Assembly (NCBI GenBank): GCA_965202985.1
Contig: CBDBCF010000001.1
Coordinates: forward strand, 640,001-704,000
Length of the DNA: 64,000 nucleotides
Direction of reading: 5' to 3'
Source: Longimicrobiales bacterium
GTDB lineage: Bacteria > Gemmatimonadota > Gemmatimonadetes > Longimicrobiales > Gaopeijiaceae
Made by a program: the position numbers and the translations under genes. Below, in pieces: positions 9,606 to 19,776 of this stretch (positions within the stretch are counted from its first letter, which is position 1; every line of letters begins with the position of its first letter). The notes under the pieces were generated by a model that saw only the letters and a list, made by a program, of their open reading frames with translations, was not told the origin of the DNA and did no database searches.

Positions 9606-10370
9606 TCACCGGCGCATTTTGCCCCCCAGTCCGACCACTTTGAGTACCTTCGCCAACGGGTCGTAGTACCGGTCCGCGACGCGCTCCTTGAGTGGAATAA
9701 TTGCGTTGTCGGTGATGGTGATGTGCTCCGGGCAGACGACCGTGCAGCACTTGGTGATGTTGCAGTAGCCCACGCCGTCGCGCTCCTTCAAGTCCGCCAA
9801 GCGGTCTTCGTCGTCGGCGGGATGCATGTCCAGATAGGCCGCGTGCACAAAGAACCGGGGGCCGATGAACTTGCCCTCCAGGTGGTAGTGATGGTCCCGA
9901 TCCACGTGGCACACGTCCTGGCACAGGAAACACTCGATGCACTTCCTGAACTCCTGGGAGCGCTCCACGTCGGGCTGATGCATCTTCCACGTTCCGTCTT
10001 CGTGGTCGGGCGGGCGCGGCTTGAAAGGCTTGATCCGCTTCTTGATCTCGTAGTTGACGCTCACGTCGGACACCAAGTCCTTCTGCACCGGAAACGCCTG
10101 CATCGGCTCCACGGTGACGGGCCGGTCCACGGGCAAGGTGTTCATGCGCGTCATGCACATGAGCTTGGGCTGTCCGTTGACTTCGGCCGAGCAGGAGCCG
10201 CACTTGCCGGCCTTGCAGTTCCACCGCACGGCCAAATCGTTGGCTTGCTCGGCCTGGATCTTGTGGACCACGTCCAGCACCACCATCCCCTCGGAGTAGC
10301 CGGTGCGGTAGGTCTCGAATTCGCCGCCCTCCGAGTCCCCCCGCCATATCCTGAACGTCGCTTCGTGCAT
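9606..10370 (-). CDS. sdhB: Succinate dehydrogenase/fumarate reductase iron-sulfur subunit
   Basis: WNCKAGKCGSCS..KLMCM, CIECFLCQDVC and CNITKCCTVVCP cysteine clusters. Confidence 0.93.
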   Translation of the reverse strand: MHEATFRIWRGDSEGGEFETYRTGYSEGMVVLDVVHKIQAEQANDLAVRWNCKAGKCGSCSAEVNGQPKLMCMTRMNTLPVDRPVTVEPMQAFPVQKDLVSDVSVNYEIKKRIKPFKPRPPDHEDGTWKMHQPDVERSQEFRKCIECFLCQDVCHVDRDHHYHLEGKFIGPRFFVHAAYLDMHPADDEDRLADLKERDGVGYCNITKCCTVVCPEHITITDNAIIPLKERVADRYYDPLAKVLKVVGLGGKMRR

Positions 10371-12172
10371 CAGCCTTGCTCCTCGATGATCCTTGCGAGT
10401 CTTTCGGGCAACGGCAGGACCGGCTCCTTGCGGACCTGCATGGAGCCGTCCTCGCCCTTTTCGACGATCAAGTTCGCCTTGCCCCACTCCGGGTCCTTGT
10501 TCCGGTAGTCGTTCCGGCTGTGGGCACCCCGGCTCTCCTTGCGTTCCTTGGCCGCCACGGCAACGGCTTCGGACACGGTAAGCAAGGGCTCCAAGTCCAG
10601 CGCCGCGTGCCACCCCGAGTTCCACTCCCGGTTTCCATGCACCTTGACCTTGGCCGCCCGCGCGCGCAGCTCCGCCAAGGCCTCGAGCGCGTGGTCCATC
10701 TCTCCCTCTGCGCGGATGATCCCCACGTTGTCCTGCATCATGTCCTGCAACGCCTGCTGGATCTGGTAGGGACCCTCGCCCGAGTCGTCGCGATCGAACG
10801 GCGTCAGCACCGCCCGCGCCGCGGCTTCCGCATCGCCCTCGCGCACCGACGCAGGCCCGGCGGACCTTGCGTGCTCGGCCGCGTGCTCGCCGGCCCGCTT
10901 GCCGAACACCACCAAATCCGACAGCGAGTTGCCGCCCAGGCGGTTGGCGCCGTGAAGCCCGGTGGCGCACTCGCCCGCCGCGAACAGACCCGGCACGGTT
11001 GTCATCTGGCTGACCGAATCCACGCGCACGCCCCCCATGGCGTAGTGCGTGGTCGGCCCGACTTCCATGGGCTCTTCGGTGATGTCCAGGTCGGCCAGCT
11101 GCCTGAACTGGTGGTACATCGACGGAAGCTTGCGCTTGATGTGCTCGGCGCCTCCGTCGACCCGGTCCTTGATCCACGCGATGTCCAGGAATGCGCCGCC
11201 GTGAGGACTCCCGCGTCCCGCCTTGACCTCGGCCAGGATCATGCGCGCCACGTGGTCCCGGGTCAGAAGCTCGGGAGGCCGGCGCGCGTCGCGATCTCCG
11301 GTCACGTAGCGCCAGCCCTCCTCCGCGTCGTCGGCCACCAAGTCCTCGTACAGCTCGGGGATGTTGTCGAACATGAAGCGCTTGCCTTCGCTGTTCGTAA
11401 GCACGCCCCCTTCGCCGCGCACGCCCTCGGTGACCAATATGCCGCGCACCGAAAGCGGCCACACCATGCCGGTCGGATGGAACTGGACGAATTCCATGTC
11501 CTTGAGCTGTGCGCCGGCGTGGTACGCGAGCGAGATTCCGTCGCCGGTGCACTCCCACGAGTTGGACGTAATCTTGTACGCCTTGCCCAGGCCGCCCGTG
11601 GCCAAGATCACGGCAGGCGCCTTGTACAGATGGAAGCGCCCGCGCTCCCTGTCGTAGCCGAAGGCACCGGCGACGCGCTCGCCGTCCTTGAACAGGGTGG
11701 TGATCGCGACCTCCATGTGCACGGCGATGCCCTGGTGGATTCCGTAGTCCTGCAGGGTGCGGATCATCTCCAGTCCTGTGCGGTCGCCCACGTGGGCCAG
11801 CCTGGGGTACGCGTGCCCGCCGAAGTTCCGCTGCAGTATGCGCCCTTCCGACGTGCGGTCGAACAGCGCCCCCCACGCCTCGAGCTCGTTGACGCGCGCC
11901 GGCGCTTCCTTGGCGTGAATCTCCGCCATCTCCCACTGGTTCAGGTACTGGCCGCCCCGCATGGTGTCGGCGAAGTGCACTTGCCAGCCGTCGCGCTCGT
12001 CCACGTTGGCCAGCGACGCCGCCATGCCGCCTTCGGCCATGACGGTGTGAGCCTTGCCCAAGAGCGACTTGCACACGAGTCCGACGCGCACGCCCTTGGC
12101 GGAGGCCTCGATGGCGGCCCGGAGCCCCGCCCCTCCGGCGCCGACGACGAGCACGTCGTATTCGTGCGTCAT
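10370..12172 (-). CDS. sdhA: Succinate dehydrogenase/fumarate reductase flavoprotein subunit
   Basis: GAGGAGLRAA, KAHTVMAEGG, QFHPTG, HYAMGG, HGANRLGGNSL and ESRGAH motifs. Confidence 0.95.
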   Translation of the reverse strand: MTHEYDVLVVGAGGAGLRAAIEASAKGVRVGLVCKSLLGKAHTVMAEGGMAASLANVDERDGWQVHFADTMRGGQYLNQWEMAEIHAKEAPARVNELEAWGALFDRTSEGRILQRNFGGHAYPRLAHVGDRTGLEMIRTLQDYGIHQGIAVHMEVAITTLFKDGERVAGAFGYDRERGRFHLYKAPAVILATGGLGKAYKITSNSWECTGDGISLAYHAGAQLKDMEFVQFHPTGMVWPLSVRGILVTEGVRGEGGVLTNSEGKRFMFDNIPELYEDLVADDAEEGWRYVTGDRDARRPPELLTRDHVARMILAEVKAGRGSPHGGAFLDIAWIKDRVDGGAEHIKRKLPSMYHQFRQLADLDITEEPMEVGPTTHYAMGGVRVDSVSQMTTVPGLFAAGECATGLHGANRLGGNSLSDLVVFGKRAGEHAAEHARSAGPASVREGDAEAAARAVLTPFDRDDSGEGPYQIQQALQDMMQDNVGIIRAEGEMDHALEALAELRARAAKVKVHGNREWNSGWHAALDLEPLLTVSEAVAVAAKERKESRGAHSRNDYRNKDPEWGKANLIVEKGEDGSMQVRKEPVLPLPERLARIIEEQG

Positions 12173-12966
12173 CACAGGATCCTCGGGTCGGTCCACACGC
12201 CCATGGCGCACATGCGGATGTAAAAGTCCGTGAAGCCGACCCAGAACAGGCTCAGCCACGCGAACAGCTGGTGACGCTCGTTGCACCACGTCGCCCCCTT
12301 CCATGCCTTGAGCCGCGTCGGCCGTCGGGCCAGCCGGTTGAGTCTGCCGCCCACCAAGTGCCGCAGCGAGTGGCATCCGAAGGTGTAGCCCGACAGCAGG
12401 ACCACGTTCGTCAGCAGCACCAGCGTGCCCAGGCCGATCCCGAACTCGTCGTGGTCGGGGCCGAACCACAGGCCGCGGTAGACGTCGATCGACAGGATGA
12501 TCAAGAACGCCAGGGCGAAGTACAGGAAGAAGCGGTGCAGGTTCTGGAAGATCAGGGGAAAGGAGTGCTCTCCCCGGTAGTTCTTCTGGGCCTTGCCGAC
12601 CCCGCAGCCGGGAGGCGACGCCCAGTGCGACTTGTAGTAGGCGCCTCGGTAGTAGTAGCAGGTGAAGCGAAAACCTCCCGGCGCCCAGAGAATCAGGAAC
12701 GCCGGGTAGAACGGAAGCCACGCCGGCCACCAGCCGGGCAGCGCGCCGAACACCGCATGGTGCGACTCGCCGAACAGGAGGGGCGAGTACATGGGGGAAA
12801 GGTATCCCTCGTGCTCGAAGTGACCGTTCTGGAGCGCCGCCCACGTGGAGTAGACGATGAACGCCGTCAGGCCCAAGAACACGGCCGCGGGCTTGGTCCA
12901 CCAACGGTCGGTTCGGGCCGTCTGCAGGAACGGACGCCGGGAAACGGTCGCCAGAGGCTGGGCCAT
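12172..12966 (-). CDS. Succinate dehydrogenase membrane anchor, mycobacterial Sdh1 (Rv0249c-like) type
   Basis: YLSPMYSP, FRFTCYYYRGAYY, QNLHR and GCHSLRH motifs with TM helices; first gene of the sdh operon. Confidence 0.85.
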   Translation of the reverse strand: MAQPLATVSRRPFLQTARTDRWWTKPAAVFLGLTAFIVYSTWAALQNGHFEHEGYLSPMYSPLLFGESHHAVFGALPGWWPAWLPFYPAFLILWAPGGFRFTCYYYRGAYYKSHWASPPGCGVGKAQKNYRGEHSFPLIFQNLHRFFLYFALAFLIILSIDVYRGLWFGPDHDEFGIGLGTLVLLTNVVLLSGYTFGCHSLRHLVGGRLNRLARRPTRLKAWKGATWCNERHQLFAWLSLFWVGFTDFYIRMCAMGVWTDPRIL

Positions 12967-13066
12967 GGGGTGGCGGACCTCCTCTTCGGGGACGGTGTGC
13001 GGGTGGGCGCTGAGCGAGACGGCCCTAGTAAACTACAATGGATCGACACGCTCCGCTTGGCTGCGC

Positions 13067-14974
13067 TCAGTCTCCCAAACCGGCAGCCTTCAGCAGCCGC
13101 AACGCGTTCGTGGACTTGGCGATGCCCGCGACCAAGCGGTAGTCGAAGTGCAGTCCCTCGTCGTCTTCGCCCACGAACTCGGTGCAGTGGACGGCGACGG
13201 AACGAGCAGCCAGGTCGTCGGCATCGGCCAGGGTCAGGTCGTGGGTGGTCGCGGCGCCGACGGCGCCCGACGCGAGCAATCGGCGAAGGACGGCACGGGC
13301 GGCGATTCGGCGTTCGGCGCTGTTGGTGCCCTGCAGGATCTCGTCCAGCAGGTAGAGCGTTCTGGAGGTGGCGCCGGCCTCGGCGGCGCTCACCACCTGC
13401 TTCAGCCGACGGAGTTCGGCCATGAAGAACGACTCGCCGCGCACCAGCGAATCCCGCACGCCCATGCACGTGACGACCCGCACCGGGGGCAAGCGGAACG
13501 ATTGCGCGCAGACCGGGGCCCCGGCGCGGGCCAGCACCGTGTTCAGTCCCACGGCCTTCAACAAGGTGGACTTGCCCGACATGTTGGAGCCGGTCACCAA
13601 CAGAAACGACCCCGGCGGCCCGATCTCGACATCGTTGCCCACGCAAACCGGCGGCGGCAGCAGCGGGTGGCCCAGTTCCCGCCCATGGAGAGCGTTCGCG
13701 TCCGGGGCCAAGTCGGGCGCCGCCCACTCTGGGTTGTCGGCGGCAAGGGCGCCCAGGGCCGCAAGCGCCTCGGCCTCTCCAACGGCAGTCAGCCAGCTTC
13801 GCACGCGGCGGCCCGCGCGACGCCTCCATCGTTCGAGGGCCGCCAACACGTGCACGTCCCAGAAGAAGATCGTGGCCAAGGGCAAGTGAAACAGAGGCGA
13901 TCCCCGCAGGTCCGCCATGTCCAGCAAGCGGCGCAGCGACTTGATCTCGGCGTGCGCGGGCCGCGCGTCGTCGCTGGCCGGCGCCTCGGGACCGGAGTTG
14001 CCGGGGCGGTCGGGGCGGCCTCCGCGAAGTGTGGCACGGATCGACGCGGCGTATTGCGATTCCAGGTTGGAGTCGGACACGTGGGCGAAGAGGCGCCCGT
14101 AATTTCGGATGCGCGACTCGCCGTCCTCGGCCTGGGCAAACGTTCGCCCGATCGTCTTCCAGCACGGGGCAAGGACGAGCGCCGATGCCGTCAGCGGCCA
14201 CGCAATCACGCTTGTCGACGCAAGGTCCAGCGCATAGAGGACGATCGACGCAACGTTGACCGGCGGCAGCACCCAGCCGGCCACGCGAAGCCAGCGAAGC
14301 GGACGGCGGCTCGACAGATCGTCGTCGCCCTCGGCCCAGCTCAGGAACCTGCCGGGAGCCGACTCGGATTCGGCGCTCGCGTCCTCAACCAGCCTGGCCT
14401 CCGCGGCCAATCGGTCTCGAAAGTCGATCGCCTCGGCAAGCTCGGCGACGGCCTCCTGCCGCAACGCGACGGTCCTTGCATCCGCGCCGCCGAGCAACCA
14501 AGCCCGCAACGTTCGGCGGCCGGCCGCGGTTCGACACGCGCCGCCGATCAGGTGCAGCAGCGACGCCTCGCCCCACAGGTCCAGGTCGTCGGCGTAGTCG
14601 TGATCGGGCGGAGAAACGGGCTCGGGGCCTGCTGCGACGGGCGGCAGCGGCAGCGCGGACCAGCATCGCTCGACCCGCGCGATCCCCTCCCGATTGAACT
14701 CCGCCATCAGCGTCGCCCGGCGCTGGCGAAGGCGCGCCCGGCGTTGCCAGGCAACTAGGCACCCGAACGCGACGGCTGCCAGCGTCAGCAGAAGGACGGC
14801 CTCCGAGCCTTGCCCGGACGCAAACAACAGCCACGCCGCCGCTGCGACGACGACGAACAAGGTCAGCCGGCCGCGCGCGTGCTTCCGAACTTGGCGTTCG
14901 TGCGCCGCGGCCCGCTCCTCGAACTGCTGCGCCCGCGCGGCGTAAACGGCGGCCGGGTCGGCGCGTCCGTTCAG
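13067..14974 (-). CDS. Membrane-anchored MutS domain V ATPase (MutS-like, no mismatch-recognition domain)
   Basis: TGSNMSGKST Walker A, GESFFMAEL, LLDEILQGTNS and TTHDL motifs; N-terminal TM helices. Start uncertain (CTG 14974 or TTG 14860). Confidence 0.85.
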   Translation of the reverse strand: MNGRADPAAVYAARAQQFEERAAAHERQVRKHARGRLTLFVVVAAAAWLLFASGQGSEAVLLLTLAAVAFGCLVAWQRRARLRQRRATLMAEFNREGIARVERCWSALPLPPVAAGPEPVSPPDHDYADDLDLWGEASLLHLIGGACRTAAGRRTLRAWLLGGADARTVALRQEAVAELAEAIDFRDRLAAEARLVEDASAESESAPGRFLSWAEGDDDLSSRRPLRWLRVAGWVLPPVNVASIVLYALDLASTSVIAWPLTASALVLAPCWKTIGRTFAQAEDGESRIRNYGRLFAHVSDSNLESQYAASIRATLRGGRPDRPGNSGPEAPASDDARPAHAEIKSLRRLLDMADLRGSPLFHLPLATIFFWDVHVLAALERWRRRAGRRVRSWLTAVGEAEALAALGALAADNPEWAAPDLAPDANALHGRELGHPLLPPPVCVGNDVEIGPPGSFLLVTGSNMSGKSTLLKAVGLNTVLARAGAPVCAQSFRLPPVRVVTCMGVRDSLVRGESFFMAELRRLKQVVSAAEAGATSRTLYLLDEILQGTNSAERRIAARAVLRRLLASGAVGAATTHDLTLADADDLAARSVAVHCTEFVGEDDEGLHFDYRLVAGIAKSTNALRLLKAAGLGD

Positions 14975-15023
14975 GAGCCCGGTCCCGGCAGGAGATCGCC
15001 GCTCTCGGCGCCCGAGTGCCCCA

Positions 15024-15815
15024 TCACGACTCCGCCGGTCCGGCCGGCTTCGACCCCGGCTCCACGTAGCCGCACAGGCCGCTTATGCGAGCCGCCGACA
15101 CCATCGCCTCCTTGCCCATCAGGCGAATCCGGTCGTTGGTGGCGCGGCTGCGCGGAGCGTCCACGGTCAGGGCGGCAACAACCTTGCCGGTGCGGTCGCG
15201 GACCGGCGCCCCGACGGAGCTGATCTCGGACAAGCCTTCGCCCACGTTCACGGAATAGCCCCGCTCGCGCGTCTTGCCCAGTTCGGACTCGAGGCCGGCG
15301 CGGGTGGTGATCGTCCGCAGGGTCCACGCCTTCAGGGCTTCGCTTCCCAGCAGGTCCATCCGCTCTTTCTGGGACCGCCACGCCAGCAGCACCTTGCCCC
15401 CGGCGGTCGCGTGCAGCGGAAGCTGATCGCCCACGATCTGGGACAGTCGCTCGAACTGGCTGATCTCTTCCGTCGCAACGATGACGGCCGCGTTGCCGGA
15501 CAACTTCATGAGCGCCGTCATTTCGCCCACGCGACGGGCCAGCGCGCGCAGCTCCGGATGGGCAACCCTTTGAAGCGACGTGGAGCGCTGGGCCAGTTCG
15601 CCAAGCACCGCAAACCGGATGCCCAGCCGAAAGAGGCCGGTGTGCGGGTCCTGATCGAGGAATCCGGATTCGGCGAACTGTTGCAGAAGCCGTTCCGCCG
15701 TGCTCGGGGAGTTCTCCGTCAGGGCGGCGACTTCCGCGGGGCTCAGCTCGGGCCTTTCCCGGGTGAACAGTCCCAGGACTTGGTTCAGGGAGTCGAGCAA
15801 AGGGGCTCTCGCCAA
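15024..15815 (-). CDS. IclR family transcriptional regulator
   Basis: N-terminal HTH, PLHATAGGKVLLA, RERGYS and SVGAPV motifs; divergent from the FAD oxidoreductase. Confidence 0.9.
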   Translation of the reverse strand: MARAPLLDSLNQVLGLFTRERPELSPAEVAALTENSPSTAERLLQQFAESGFLDQDPHTGLFRLGIRFAVLGELAQRSTSLQRVAHPELRALARRVGEMTALMKLSGNAAVIVATEEISQFERLSQIVGDQLPLHATAGGKVLLAWRSQKERMDLLGSEALKAWTLRTITTRAGLESELGKTRERGYSVNVGEGLSEISSVGAPVRDRTGKVVAALTVDAPRSRATNDRIRLMGKEAMVSAARISGLCGYVEPGSKPAGPAES

Positions 15816-15970
15816 AGGTGTCCTGCCTGCTTACGGGAGTCGCGGAACGCCCTTGCTTGCGACCGGCGTCTCGCTGGGCTAGCTTACCGCCCGTTCGATG
15901 CTTCATAGTGGCGCCGTCGCGCCCGACGGGCAACGGGAACGCCGAGCGGGAGAACGAGTCGCAGCCCGAA

Positions 15971-17278
15971 ATGGACCAGGAATACGACGCCATCGTCATC
16001 GGGGCCGGAATCATTGGCGCGTCGGTGGGCTTTCACTTGGCGAGAGGCGGCCGCCGCACGCTCAACGTGGACAAGCACCCCGCGGCCGGGTTCGGCTCCA
16101 CGAGCAGCAGCTGCGCCATCGTCCGCTTTCACTACTCCACGTTGCAGGGGTGCGCCATGGCGCGGGAAAGCTACTTTCATTGGCTGGACTGGGGGCGGTA
16201 CTTGGGCGTCGCCGACGAAAAAGGGCTGGCAAAGTACGTCAACACGGGCGGCTTGATCACTAAAACCGAGCGAAATGGTTGTCTTGTGCAGGTCATGCGA
16301 TGCCTGGACGAACTGAGCATTCCTTACGAAGAACTCGAAGCCGAGGAGGTCGCCCAGCGTTTTCCGTGGATCGACGCTCGCGCGTACGGCCCTCCGGTGC
16401 CCCTGAACGACGCGCGCTTCGGACAACCGTCGGGCGGGCAGATCGCGGGCGCCGTGTACGTGCCCGAGACCGGATACGTGGACGATCCCACGCTGGCGTG
16501 CCACAACCTGCAGCGCGCCTGCGAGCAACACGGCGGGCGGTTTCGCTTCGGCGCCGAGGTCGTGGAGGTCCGCCGGCGGGACGGGCGCGTCGCGGGCGTG
16601 ACGCTGGCAGAAGGCGAAGAGATCGAGGCGCCGGTCGTGGTCAACGTCGCCGGTCCGCATTCCGGGGCGGTCAACGCCATGGCCGGGGTGCTGGACGGCA
16701 TGAACGTGCAAACGCGCCCTTTGAAGGTGGAGGTGTGCTACGTCCCTGCGCCCAACGGCATGGATTACGAGCAGGTGGCGCCGCTGATCTCGGACGGCGA
16801 TATCGGATGCTATTCGCGGCCTGCGACCGGCAATCACATCGTGGTCGGCTCGGAGGACCCCGCGTGCGACGAGCGCGCGTGGGTGGACGACCCGGACGAC
16901 TACAACACCGGCTTCACGCATCAATGGGAAACGCAAGTCATGCGCGAGGCGCAACGGATCAAGGGACTGGGAGTCCCCGGACAAACTGGAGGCGTAGTGG
17001 ACTTGTACGACGTATCGGACGACTGGATCCCCATCTACGACAAATCGGACCTTCCGGGCTTCTACATGGCCGTGGGCACGTCCGGCAACCAGTTCAAGAA
17101 CGCGCCCGTGGCGGGCCGCGCCATGGCCGAACTGGTGGACAAGGTGGAGGCGGGACGCGACCACGACGCCGATCCCGTGTCGGTCCCCCTGCCCTGCACG
17201 CGACGCGAATGCGACCTGGGCTTCTTCAGCCGCAGGCGCCGCCCCAACCGTGCTTCCTCCATGTCGGTGATCGGCTGA
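15971..17278 (+). CDS. FAD-dependent oxidoreductase (DAO/sarcosine oxidase beta-like)
   Basis: IVIGAGIIG, GSTSSS, VVNVAGPHS, YDVSDDWIPI and SGNQFK motifs. Confidence 0.88.
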   Translation: MDQEYDAIVIGAGIIGASVGFHLARGGRRTLNVDKHPAAGFGSTSSSCAIVRFHYSTLQGCAMARESYFHWLDWGRYLGVADEKGLAKYVNTGGLITKTERNGCLVQVMRCLDELSIPYEELEAEEVAQRFPWIDARAYGPPVPLNDARFGQPSGGQIAGAVYVPETGYVDDPTLACHNLQRACEQHGGRFRFGAEVVEVRRRDGRVAGVTLAEGEEIEAPVVVNVAGPHSGAVNAMAGVLDGMNVQTRPLKVEVCYVPAPNGMDYEQVAPLISDGDIGCYSRPATGNHIVVGSEDPACDERAWVDDPDDYNTGFTHQWETQVMREAQRIKGLGVPGQTGGVVDLYDVSDDWIPIYDKSDLPGFYMAVGTSGNQFKNAPVAGRAMAELVDKVEAGRDHDADPVSVPLPCTRRECDLGFFSRRRRPNRASSMSVIG

Positions 17279-19773
17279 TGGGGGCCGCGAAGCGAAGCGC
17301 CCGTTCCGCTATTGCCGCCACCCGGCGCGCAGCAGCGCTCGGGGCGACGGTCCTGGGCGCGGCCACCGCTTCCGCTGCGGCTGGCGGAGCGGCAGCCCAT
17401 GCGGCGGCGGGCCAGCAGATGCTCACGGAACGAGAGTACGCCCGGGCGGAGCAGTTTCTGCCTTGGAACGCCGCCAAGCTGGTGTCGGGAGACCAGGTGG
17501 CGCCCGAGTTCTTCGACGGCGACCGCTTCTGGTTCCGCAGCCGGACGGGGACCGGCCACGAGTTCGTGGTGGTGGACCCGGCAGCCCGGACGCGCGCACC
17601 GGCGTTCGATCACGACCGCTTGGCCGCGGCGCTGTCGCTGGCCGCCGATACGGCCTACGAGGGCCACGCGCTGCCCTTCGACGAGTTCGAGTTCGTCGAG
17701 GAGGGCGTCGCCGTCCGCTTTCATGTGGCCGACTCCGTTCGCTGGACATGCCGCTTGGTGACGGCCGGCGGCACCGGCTACGCCTGCTCGGGGCCGGACG
17801 CCGTGCCCGCGCCCTCGGATGCAGAGCGAAGGTCGCCGGACGGGCGATGGGTCGCCTTCGCTCGGGACGAGAATCTGTGGATTCGCGAAGCGGCGACCGG
17901 CAACGAGGTCCAGCTGAGCCGCGACGGCGAGGTGGATTTCGGCTATGGCGCCGTCCCGGAGGGTTGCTGCCAGGAAATCACCAGCCGGCGCGACGGTCGG
18001 GAGCGGTCTCCCGTGCTTCAGTGGTCGCCCGACTCCCGGCGCATCGCCACGCACAGGTACGACGAGCGGGGCGTGGGCAAGTTCCACCTGCTTGAAGCCG
18101 CCGACGGACGTCCCGTGCTCCACTCATGGGCTTATGCATTGCCGGGCGATTCCGTGATTCCAACCGCGGAACTCTGGGTCTTCGACGTGGAGGCCGCCCA
18201 AGGCGTGCGCGCACAGGTCGAAGCACAGCCGGGGAACTTCACTCGTGGCGACACGACCTACGCGGACGTGCAGTGGACGCGCGACGGACGCCACGTGTTC
18301 TACACGCACCGGAGCCGCGACTTCAAGAGCTACGCCTTGTACAAGGTGGACGCATCCACGGGCGACGCGACGCGCCTGCTCGGAGAGACCGGGCCCACCT
18401 ACGTGGAGCTCAACCAGTTCACCTACTTGCCGCCGGCATGGCGAGTGCTGGGCGACGGCTCCGAGTTTCTTTGGTGGTCCGAGCGCGACGGTTTCGGTCA
18501 CCTGTACCTGTACGACGGCGACGGCAACTTGAAGAACCGCGTCACCGCGGGGCCGTGGCTGGTCACCGAGGTTGTGGCCGTGGACGAAGACGCGCGCATG
18601 GTCTACTTCGCCGCGGCCGGACGCGAAGAGGGCCGGCACCCGTACTTCGTCCACATCTACAGAGCAAGCTTGGACGGCGCGGATCGCCCATCAGCTGGCG
18701 AAGGCGCAGTCGGCGACGCGGCGCCCCCGCAGCTGCTGACGCCCGAAGATGCGGTCCATCAGGTTATTGCTTCGCCATCGGGACGCTATTTCCTGGACCG
18801 ATATTCGACGCCGGAGACGCCTCCGACCGCCGTGCTCCGGAACCGGGACGGATCGGTGCGCATGACGGTCGAAACGGCAGACGTTTCCAGGCTGGTCGAA
18901 GCGGGATGGGTTCCGCCGGTGCGCTTCCGGGCCCGGGGACGCGACGGCACGACGCCCGTGTACGGGCTCCTGTGGTTCCCGCCGGGCTTCAACGCGGAGA
19001 CGGACTCCGCACCACCCGGGACGCCCGCGAACCCTCCCGCCCGCTATCCCGTGGTGGACTACATCTACCCGGGACCGCAGATCGGCGCAGTCACGCGCTA
19101 TGACTTCTCGGCGTCAGGGCGGGGCAATGGCCGAGCGCTCGCGGAGCTCGGCTTCGTGGTCTTCGCCGTGGACGCCTTCGGGACGCCGTTGCGCTCGAAG
19201 GCGTTCCACGACGGCTACTACGGCAACATGGGAGACAACGGCTTGCCCGACCACATCTCCGCGCTCAAGGAACTGGCAAGCCGATACCCCCGGATCGACC
19301 TGGATCGGGTCGGCATCTTCGGCCATTCGGGCGGCGGCTTCTCGTCCACGGACGCGATTCTGCGCTACCCGGACTTCTACAAGGTGGCGGTGTCGGGCGC
19401 GGGCAACCACGACAACCGGGGCTACCACTTCCCATGGGGCGAAAAGTACCAGGGCCTGCTGGAAGCGAACGCCGCCGGAGGCGACAACTACGACAGCCAA
19501 GCCAACCAAGAACTGGCCGCCGACCTGCGCGGCAAGCTGCTGCTGCACTACGGCACGCTGGACGACAACGTGCATCCCAACATGACGATCCGTCTCGTGG
19601 AGGAGCTGATCCGCCACAACAAGGACTTCGACATGTTCGTGCTTCCCAACCGCAACCACGGATATGCAAACGAGCCCTACGTAGTGCGGCGTACCTGGGA
19701 CTACTTCGTGGAGCACCTGTTGGGCAAGAAGCCGCCCCACGAGTACGAAATCACGGGGCCGGGGTCGCTCTAG
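17278..19773 (+). CDS. S9B dipeptidyl-peptidase IV family protein, exported
   Basis: DPP IV propeller (SPDGRWVAF, WSPDS), YPGP, GHSGGG nucleophile, DDNVH and H triad; TGATG coupling to the upstream gene. Confidence 0.92.
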   Translation: MGAAKRSARSAIAATRRAAALGATVLGAATASAAAGGAAAHAAAGQQMLTEREYARAEQFLPWNAAKLVSGDQVAPEFFDGDRFWFRSRTGTGHEFVVVDPAARTRAPAFDHDRLAAALSLAADTAYEGHALPFDEFEFVEEGVAVRFHVADSVRWTCRLVTAGGTGYACSGPDAVPAPSDAERRSPDGRWVAFARDENLWIREAATGNEVQLSRDGEVDFGYGAVPEGCCQEITSRRDGRERSPVLQWSPDSRRIATHRYDERGVGKFHLLEAADGRPVLHSWAYALPGDSVIPTAELWVFDVEAAQGVRAQVEAQPGNFTRGDTTYADVQWTRDGRHVFYTHRSRDFKSYALYKVDASTGDATRLLGETGPTYVELNQFTYLPPAWRVLGDGSEFLWWSERDGFGHLYLYDGDGNLKNRVTAGPWLVTEVVAVDEDARMVYFAAAGREEGRHPYFVHIYRASLDGADRPSAGEGAVGDAAPPQLLTPEDAVHQVIASPSGRYFLDRYSTPETPPTAVLRNRDGSVRMTVETADVSRLVEAGWVPPVRFRARGRDGTTPVYGLLWFPPGFNAETDSAPPGTPANPPARYPVVDYIYPGPQIGAVTRYDFSASGRGNGRALAELGFVVFAVDAFGTPLRSKAFHDGYYGNMGDNGLPDHISALKELASRYPRIDLDRVGIFGHSGGGFSSTDAILRYPDFYKVAVSGAGNHDNRGYHFPWGEKYQGLLEANAAGGDNYDSQANQELAADLRGKLLLHYGTLDDNVHPNMTIRLVEELIRHNKDFDMFVLPNRNHGYANEPYVVRRTWDYFVEHLLGKKPPHEYEITGPGSL

Positions 19774-19776
19774 CGC

